Assembly (NCBI GenBank): GCA_024275415.1
Contig: JAJRZD010000043.1
Span: forward strand, 30,001 to 62,000
Length of the DNA: 32,000 nucleotides
Source: an archaeon
Lineage (GTDB): Archaea > Asgardarchaeota > Thorarchaeia > Thorarchaeales > Thorarchaeaceae
Direction of reading: 5' to 3'
Part shown: one piece after another, positions 25,629 through 32,000 of the stretch
Position numbering within the stretch: position 1 is the stretch's first letter
Layout: every line of letters starts with the position of its first letter
Made by a program: the position numbers and the translations under genes
The notes under the pieces: generated by a model
Databases searched by the model: none
Seen by the model: only the letters and a program-made list of their open reading frames with translations
Told to the model about the DNA's origin: nothing

Positions 25629-28202
25629 ATGACGATTAAGGTTCTTCTTATTGATGACGACAGAGAAGGGTTGACAGTAACCGCCAAGTCACTTGAAGCA
25701 GAGGATTCTTCCTTTGATGTGACTCCTATCGAGTCTGCAGAATCAGCACGGACGTTGCTTTCTGAAACACAGTTCGATGTGATTGTGTGCGATTATGAAC
25801 TAAAGTCGGGAATGAACGGATTGGATTTCCTGAATTGGATCCGAGAAACTAATCCAAGTATCCCATTCATCATATTCACAGGAAAGAGCCGAGAAGAGGT
25901 GGCCATACGTGCACTCAATCTAGGTGCTAACGCTTACATAACCAAAGACATTGATGTGAAATATCTCTATTCAGAACTAGCATATTCCATTAGGAGCAAT
26001 GTTGCGCACTATCGAGCCAAGTTGGCACTTGTAGAGAGCGATGCACGGTTCAGGGCAGCATTCGAGGACGCTGCGATTGGAATGGCTATCATTTCACTTG
26101 AACAGAAAATCATACATGTCAATTCTAAATTCTGTGAGATGCTCGGGTTAAAAATAACGGAAGTTCTCGGGACAAGGCTAGAATCTTTCATGCATCCTGA
26201 CGAAATAGAACAGGTATCTATGAATGCTCAGAGCAGCTCAGATAAAGATATTACCATCCTTTCTGGAGAGTATCGATTGTTTCACAGCGAGAAGAGGTGG
26301 ATATGGGTACGCACAACATCATCAATTGTGCGAAACAGATGTGGTGAACCCATACATTTCGTGAGTCAGTTCATAGATATCACGGAAACAAAACTGGCTA
26401 TCGAAGCATTACAGGATAGTGAGAAACGTTTCAGGGGAGCGTTTGAGGATGCAGCGATTGGAATGGCCCTAATCAACTTCAACTTATCCCATATCCATTG
26501 TAATCGAGCACTGACCGAGATGCTTGGATACTCGTCCGAGGAGCTAAACAAGCTCAAATTTGAAGCAATAACACATCCTGATGATATCTATAATACTCCA
26601 ACGGTTATAGATGGAAAGTTTCCCAATGGGACGACCACGATTCGATTAGAAAAAAGATACATCCACAAAGACGGTCACATAGTCCACACATCCATCTCCT
26701 CATCGATCTTGCATGACGACGATGGAAACCCGCTGTATTTCGTGACACAGTTCCAAGACATCACAGAGCAACGGATGGCTTTAGAGGCTCTCGCATCATC
26801 TGAAAGGAAGTATAAGACGCTCGTAGAGCAGAGCCTCCAGAACTATGCCATCATTCAGGATGGTAAGTACGTGTATGTGAACGACGCCTTTGCTAATACA
26901 ATAGGTATGGCTCCCGACGAATTGATGAAACTTGATTCTGATGGAGTCTGGAAACTTGTTCATCCTGATGATGTTCTAATACTCAAGAAACGTGATGAAC
27001 TGCTGGAGAACGAGGCAAAAGAACTTTCGAAGACCGAGTTCAGGTACGTCAGACCTGACGGTGAGATTAGATGGGTGGAGGGTCTTGTACGGGAAATCCA
27101 ATACGACGGGAAACCGGCACGCCAGATAGTCGAGATTGATATTACCTCGAGAAAGCAGTATGAAGATGCACTGCGTGAGAACCTCGAATTCCTTGACACG
27201 TTGCTCAATACCCTGCCAAATCCTGTCTTTTTCAAAGATGTTGACGGATGTTATAGACGATGCAACCCCGCGTTTGCGCTTGAGATAATGGGATTGCCTG
27301 TGGAAGAAGTTATCGGAAAGAGCACCAAAGACCTCATGATTCGCATCAAGGATATGAACATGGATGATGTCATTCAGCTCGATAAAGAGATTCTTGACGA
27401 CCACACGAACCAATCTTTCGAGGTACAGATCGAGGACTCGGAAGGAGGTTATAGAACATATCTAGTCAATCGAAGCGTCTTCAAAAGCAAGGAGGATAAA
27501 GTGCTAGGCATCGTCGGGGTATTGCAGGATATTACAGACTTGAGAGAATTACAGGCAAAGCTTACACGACAAAAAGCAGAGCTGTCTGAGTTCGCCCAAG
27601 TAATGAGTCACGATATCCAAGGCTCACTTCACAATGCCCTTCTTTTCGCAGAGTTGCTGGAAGAGGAATGTAGCAAAGAGAACCTCAACGGATTAAAGGA
27701 CATGCTGATGGTCGCACAAGCCATATTGAGAAGATCGTTGCAGCTAGCTGAAGCAGGTCTGGTCATAGGCGACCTTGAACCTGTGGCGTTGAATGAACTT
27801 GTTGACGAGATTGCAGCCATGGAACTTCAAAATGAAATCGCGTTCGTTCGAGATGACCTCCCCACAATCAGATGTGACAGAGCAAAGACAACTCAAATCT
27901 TCTCAAATCTGATCCGTAATGCTGTCGAACATGGGAAACCTAGCACGATTGAAATCCGGGTTGTCATAAAAAGAACCTATGTCTACTTGAGAATAATCAA
28001 TGATGGAGAGCTCATACCAGATAACATTCGCAAGAACATCCTCAAGAAGGCATTCTCGTCAAGGAAAGGAGGTGGAGGTCTGGGGTTGATGATTGTAAAG
28101 AAACTTGTCGAGGCGCATGATTGGTCTATCGAGCTTGAGAACACAAAAAAGACAACATTTCGTATCAGGATTCCCAAGACATCGATCGTAGTCAAACCCT
28201 AA
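25629..28202 (+). CDS. Hybrid sensor kinase REC-PAS(x4)-HisKA-HATPase
   Basis: Receiver domain (LLIDDD, VCDYE, FTGKS, YITK); three PAS/PAC units with HPD(E/D) plus a fourth PAS; H-box VMSHDIQG; N-box NLIRNAVEHG; G2 GGGLGL. Confidence 0.92.
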   Translation: MTIKVLLIDDDREGLTVTAKSLEAEDSSFDVTPIESAESARTLLSETQFDVIVCDYELKSGMNGLDFLNWIRETNPSIPFIIFTGKSREEVAIRALNLGANAYITKDIDVKYLYSELAYSIRSNVAHYRAKLALVESDARFRAAFEDAAIGMAIISLEQKIIHVNSKFCEMLGLKITEVLGTRLESFMHPDEIEQVSMNAQSSSDKDITILSGEYRLFHSEKRWIWVRTTSSIVRNRCGEPIHFVSQFIDITETKLAIEALQDSEKRFRGAFEDAAIGMALINFNLSHIHCNRALTEMLGYSSEELNKLKFEAITHPDDIYNTPTVIDGKFPNGTTTIRLEKRYIHKDGHIVHTSISSSILHDDDGNPLYFVTQFQDITEQRMALEALASSERKYKTLVEQSLQNYAIIQDGKYVYVNDAFANTIGMAPDELMKLDSDGVWKLVHPDDVLILKKRDELLENEAKELSKTEFRYVRPDGEIRWVEGLVREIQYDGKPARQIVEIDITSRKQYEDALRENLEFLDTLLNTLPNPVFFKDVDGCYRRCNPAFALEIMGLPVEEVIGKSTKDLMIRIKDMNMDDVIQLDKEILDDHTNQSFEVQIEDSEGGYRTYLVNRSVFKSKEDKVLGIVGVLQDITDLRELQAKLTRQKAELSEFAQVMSHDIQGSLHNALLFAELLEEECSKENLNGLKDMLMVAQAILRRSLQLAEAGLVIGDLEPVALNELVDEIAAMELQNEIAFVRDDLPTIRCDRAKTTQIFSNLIRNAVEHGKPSTIEIRVVIKRTYVYLRIINDGELIPDNIRKNILKKAFSSRKGGGGLGLMIVKKLVEAHDWSIELENTKKTTFRIRIPKTSIVVKP

Positions 28203-29305
28203 AAGAAATCAGTGACTGCTGCCTGAGCCGTAGACTCTTCGAGAGAGGAAACCTTCACCCCCAGTAGTCGGATGTGCTTGTTCTTGTTGCGACTCCGATT
28301 AAAGATTTCAAGTGCTACTCGTTCCAACAAAGAACCATCATCTGTTGCGACAGGGATGCTTTTGCTCCGCTGGATAGTGGAATAATCGCCATAGCGTATT
28401 TTCACAGTCACAGTGCGATATTTGAGAGACTTTGACAGAAGACGCTCTCTGATGGTATTGCAGATACTGCGTATCGTTTCATGGAGATAGCCCACCGCAT
28501 CGGGCTCCACATCTTCTATGAACGTCCTGTCCTTACTTATCGATTTCCTGATACGGGGGCCGTTATCTATCAATGGACGATCATCTATCCCATTAGCACG
28601 CCTGAACAACCACACTGAGCCACGACCCATGATAGGCCACAATTCAGCCACTGTCATGGATTGTATCTGACCGATGGTCTTGATTCCGTGTCGTTCTAGT
28701 CGATCAGCAGTTTTTGTTCCGACGCCGTTCAATGCTTGTACATTCAATGGTGCAAGGAATCTCTTTACATCTTCCGGCCTGGGTCCAACAAGTGTAGTTC
28801 CAAGTGGTTTCTTTGTCCCCGTGGCTACCTTGGCGACTGACATGTTTGGGGCAATCCCGATAGAACAGGGGAGAAAGGTCTCTTGCCTTACTGACCTCTG
28901 AATCTCTCGTGCCATGGAAAGCGGACTAGGGAACTGCTGCACACCTCCGGTCACCTCGATATATGCCTCATCGATGCTGGCGCGTCGCACACGTCCACCA
29001 TCTCCATATCGAGAAAGGATATCCATGAACTCCTGACTTGCTTCGACGTAGTTCGAGAAGTCACCATCCACGAATACAGCATCTGGACAAAGACGGTATG
29101 CTTTTGAAACGGGCATTCCAGAACTAATGCCAAATGCCCTAGCTTCATACGAGGCAGCTCGGACAACACCACGCCCAGCCCCTTTCTTCGGGTCATGCCC
29201 CACGCAGACCGGGAGTCCTGCGAGTTCGGGATGAATACGATATTGTTCTACCGATGCGAAAAAGGCATCCATGTCGATGTGCATGATCCATCTTTGCATC
29301 GTCAC
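28199..29305 (-). CDS. dinB: Y-family DNA polymerase IV (DinB/Dbh)
   Basis: HIDMDAFFASVE, SYEARAFGISSGMP, SIDEAY, GIAPN, HhH GVGTKT and little-finger domain. Start is GTG 29305 or ATG 29299. 4-nt overlap with the convergent kinase stop. Confidence 0.96.
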   Translation of the reverse strand: MTMQRWIMHIDMDAFFASVEQYRIHPELAGLPVCVGHDPKKGAGRGVVRAASYEARAFGISSGMPVSKAYRLCPDAVFVDGDFSNYVEASQEFMDILSRYGDGGRVRRASIDEAYIEVTGGVQQFPSPLSMAREIQRSVRQETFLPCSIGIAPNMSVAKVATGTKKPLGTTLVGPRPEDVKRFLAPLNVQALNGVGTKTADRLERHGIKTIGQIQSMTVAELWPIMGRGSVWLFRRANGIDDRPLIDNGPRIRKSISKDRTFIEDVEPDAVGYLHETIRSICNTIRERLLSKSLKYRTVTVKIRYGDYSTIQRSKSIPVATDDGSLLERVALEIFNRSRNKNKHIRLLGVKVSSLEESTAQAAVTDFF

Positions 29306-29399
29306 AAACCATGATGCCTACCGCCAATGTCGATTAGACCTTTCTTTGAGATGTTTATGCCTTCAAGCATATCACAAGATAGGAGAGAGGTTTCCGAAT

Positions 29400-30350
29400 C
29401 TATTCATGATATGACCGGAAGAAAGGATCCAGATCCACATTACCTCCGCTAATCAGCACGCCAACACGCCTCTCCACAAGATCTCCAGAAATCTTTAGCA
29501 GCGCTGCTAGTGATACAGCCCCTGAAGGTTCTACGACAAGCTTCATCCGTTCAAGTAATAACCGCATCGCATTCAGGATCTCCTCTTCGCTCACCGTGAC
29601 GATTCTGTCTGTGTGCCTTCGGATTATATCGAAGGTGATGTCCCCAAGGTTTGTGCGTAGTCCGTCTGCAATCGTATTAGGATTCACACTTGGATAGATT
29701 TTACCATCACGAACAGAACGATATGCATCATCAGCCTTCTCCGGTTCTCCAGCGATGACCAGTGTGTCCTCTGAGATACCTTTCACCGCAATCGAAGTCC
29801 CACTAAGAAAACCTCCACCCCCTACAGGCGCAAAGACCGCATCTAGTGGGGCATGATCCTGAAGCAGTTCGAGTGCGGCAGTCCCTGCTCCTGCAATGAT
29901 CCTCTCATCGTTGTAAGGATGGATCATTGTGAAACCATGCTCTTCGACCAATCGATTTGCGGTTTGCACTCTACTCTCCACATTGTTCTTACAAAACACA
30001 ATCTCTGCACCATACCCTCGTGTGGCATTGACTTTGACCTTGGGCGAATTCTCAGGCATGACGATGGTCGCTTTTACGCCCAGCATACTTGCTGCAAGAG
30101 ACAATGCCTGGGCATGATTGCCTGATGAGTGCGTGACGACACCTCGTGAACGTTCCTCATCGTTCAGTAACAGAATTGTGTTTAGCGCTCCCCGAAATTT
30201 GAACGCACCCCCTCGCTGCATGTTCTCACATTTGAAAAAGACCTTGCAGCCTGTCAATCTATCAATCGTTCGAGAAGTCATCACAGGAGTGCGGTTTGCG
30301 TGTTCCTTGATGCGTTCCTGTGCAGCAAGAATATCGTTTAGGTCTACCAT
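29400..30350 (-). CDS. Fold-type II PLP enzyme: serine racemase / serine-threonine (hydroxyaspartate) dehydratase family, no ACT domain
   Basis: FKCENMQRGGAFKFRGA (PLP Lys), THSSGNHAQA, APVGGGG, EPEKADD and ERMKLVVEPSGA motifs. Start placed at ATG 30350 (MVDLNDI). Confidence 0.88.
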   Translation of the reverse strand: MVDLNDILAAQERIKEHANRTPVMTSRTIDRLTGCKVFFKCENMQRGGAFKFRGALNTILLLNDEERSRGVVTHSSGNHAQALSLAASMLGVKATIVMPENSPKVKVNATRGYGAEIVFCKNNVESRVQTANRLVEEHGFTMIHPYNDERIIAGAGTAALELLQDHAPLDAVFAPVGGGGFLSGTSIAVKGISEDTLVIAGEPEKADDAYRSVRDGKIYPSVNPNTIADGLRTNLGDITFDIIRRHTDRIVTVSEEEILNAMRLLLERMKLVVEPSGAVSLAALLKISGDLVERRVGVLISGGNVDLDPFFRSYHE

Positions 30351-30376
30351 TGTGCCATGCCGCCATTTCTCACTCG

Positions 30377-31180
30377 TCACGAGTTGGACTCTATAAACGC
30401 GATAGCAGATTCCAAGTCTTCGCGTGTGTCCAGCTCCAAGATGACCGGTCCATCGAACTGGATACGATCCAGCATATTAAGGACACTCTTGAAATCGATA
30501 GTGCCATTTCCCAGAGTCATATGCTCATCAGATGTCCCGTTGTTGTCGTGCAGATGCACTTCAATGAGATATGATTGCATCTGTTCAAAATATTCTCCAA
30601 GAGCAATACCTGCCGTGTTTGCGTGGCCGACATCTATCACAGCACCGACATCGAAATCAGCAAATTCGTGTACGACCTCGTGGTGTTCATCCGGGAACAG
30701 GATTACTTCCCTGTCAAGCCCTATCTGCTTGTTTTCCAACCCGATGCGAACCCCACGGTCGTGGGCATACATGGCAAGCTCAAGTAGGCTCGCCCTGAAG
30801 CGCTGGATGGCATTATCATGTTTGCTAATCTGATTGATGGAACAAGAACCACCATGCACCACAAGGATTGATGCACCAATCTCCACAGTAAAGTCCACGC
30901 ATTCTTTCAAGATGTCAAGAGAAGCGCGACGTATCCGTTCCTTGAAGCTTGAGAGATTGATGTCATCATAGGGCGCGTGTGTGGTAGGGATCACACTCGC
31001 AGAGCCGAGAGAGTCCAATATCGTAGTCTTTGTCGTGTGGTCGATATCAGGTGGTGTAATTGGGGGCTCTAGTTGAATCTCGATGTGTTCAAGACCTAGT
31101 TCCTGACACATTCCAAGAAATTCGGGGAATGGAATAGGACATCCGTTGAAATAGGATGCACCTAGTCTGATAGGGGTCAT
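30377..31180 (-). CDS. Sugar-phosphate isomerase/epimerase-type TIM-barrel metalloprotein (AP endonuclease 2 superfamily)
   Basis: HAPYDDINLSS, VVHGG, LEN, DVGHAN, EVHLHDN...DEH...GNGTIDF and VILE motifs. Confidence 0.88.
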   Translation of the reverse strand: MTPIRLGASYFNGCPIPFPEFLGMCQELGLEHIEIQLEPPITPPDIDHTTKTTILDSLGSASVIPTTHAPYDDINLSSFKERIRRASLDILKECVDFTVEIGASILVVHGGSCSINQISKHDNAIQRFRASLLELAMYAHDRGVRIGLENKQIGLDREVILFPDEHHEVVHEFADFDVGAVIDVGHANTAGIALGEYFEQMQSYLIEVHLHDNNGTSDEHMTLGNGTIDFKSVLNMLDRIQFDGPVILELDTREDLESAIAFIESNS

Positions 31181-31304
31181 AGGGGTTCAGTCCTTGCAAT
31201 CTCCCCGGAGAAGCAAAAGGTTATGAAAGTATCAGTAGGACAGTCATTGAGATTGCACGACCTTTTTCATAGATCTGGATGCGATTATCGGGAGGAATGT
31301 GCTG

Positions 31305-32000
31305 ATGCTACGAAGGATGTCATCAATTACCATTCTTGCATTACTCGTAGCACTCCACCCCTATTCCTATAGTGGATTCGGGGTTACCGAGCTCGCACAG
31401 AACAGATTCCTACCAAGCCAGATAACACACGACCCTCTCTATATCACACACGACAGCGATTTCCAACGCTATGGCTTTCCGGGAAGCGGCACCGAGGACG
31501 ACCCGTATATAATAGAGAATTTACTAATAGGTTCGGATGCTCCAAGCCTCGTGATATCATATGTTTCTGCTTATTTTGTCGTTCGAAAATCTATCTTCGA
31601 GTCCTCCTATTCTCAGGACACTGAACCAAAACCAGTGGTAGACGTCCGATTCTCAGAAAATGGCGTATTCAATAACTGTCTCATTGTTGGAGGTGACATA
31701 GGGATAAGTATTCTTGACAGTTTCAATATGAAATTTGAAAGACTCACTATCTCTGAGCCCTCCGTGCTTTCTATCAACGAAAACGCATCTGGGAACATCA
31801 CTGTAAGAGATACGACGTTTATCGGAGGTGGTGGAATCATAATTGAATCTCCATTGCGCGGTTCGAGCAACGACATCTCCAACTGCACGATTGACGGAAA
31901 ACAGATCGGGTACTTTAGTGGTGATGAAGACCTAGTATTGGATGCGTCAGACTATGGACAAGTGATATTGAATCAGTGTGAGAACATCACAATTGCGAAC
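31305..32000 (+). CDS. Secreted right-handed beta-helix (NosD/CASH-like) surface protein, 3'-truncated; absent from the ORF track
   Basis: GGAGGA SD at 31291-31296, ATG at 31305, frame open to the window end. Signal-like N-terminus, then HDPLYITHDSDF...GFPGSGTEDDPYIIEN and beta-helix repeats (FNNCLI, ISNCTIDGKQIGY, ILNQCENITIAN). Confidence 0.85.
   Translation, partial: MLRRMSSITILALLVALHPYSYSGFGVTELAQNRFLPSQITHDPLYITHDSDFQRYGFPGSGTEDDPYIIENLLIGSDAPSLVISYVSAYFVVRKSIFESSYSQDTEPKPVVDVRFSENGVFNNCLIVGGDIGISILDSFNMKFERLTISEPSVLSINENASGNITVRDTTFIGGGGIIIESPLRGSSNDISNCTIDGKQIGYFSGDEDLVLDASDYGQVILNQCENITIAN

Noticed and set aside
31195-31270. Interleaved inverted repeats (TGCAATCTC/GAGATTGCA and AAAAGGT/ACCTTTT) with pseudoknot-like topology
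   Set aside because: Repeats this short are expected by chance across the window's intergenic regions, and the segment is a divergent promoter that is probably not transcribed as one RNA.
41-31888. Many short alternative-frame ORFs in the track (e.g. 603..947, 6699..7148, 12863..13303, 20835..21380, 30357..30833)
   Set aside because: They overlap well-supported genes in antisense or shifted frames and have no motifs; treated as shadow ORFs.
1-32000. Selenocysteine or pyrrolysine readthrough, which is known in some Asgard lineages
   Set aside because: No ORF is interrupted by TGA or TAG at a position where Cys/Lys homology continues. The redox proteins all carry intact Cys codons.
1-32000. 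Mobile element or prophage
   Set aside because: No transposase, integrase, terminal inverted repeats, target-site duplications or viral hallmark genes were seen.

Overview
Gene-dense window with mid-range GC, most likely from an Asgard archaeon (Thorarchaeota-like). This is an inference from the archaeal TATA and SD signals, the REC-PAS-HK architecture and the surface proteins; no phylogenetic marker is present. About 30 CDSs: a 5'-truncated membrane protein, adenine deaminase, a solitary ECF S-component, an HTH regulator with a Cys cluster, a TlpA-like redoxin, a coiled-coil/wHTH protein, a candidate membrane-stress cluster (bPH_2 protein divergent from PadR + HAAS-domain polytopic protein, beta-propeller surface protein, NfeD/YuaF-like protein, flotillin), a TusA / Met-rich membrane protein / DsrE sulfur-relay module, an LLM-class oxidoreductase, a PAS histidine kinase fused to a C-terminal CxxC thioredoxin-like domain, ArsR/SmtB + P1B-2 ATPase with a recognisable operator, an ABC exporter whose ATPase has a Rho_N/HeH-like N-terminal extension, DprA, SfsA, a REC-PAS4-HK, DinB, a serine-racemase-like PLP enzyme, a TIM-barrel isomerase and a 3'-truncated beta-helix surface protein that the ORF track missed. 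I found no rRNA, tRNA, CRISPR array or transposase. All family calls come from motif recognition by eye; no database search was run.
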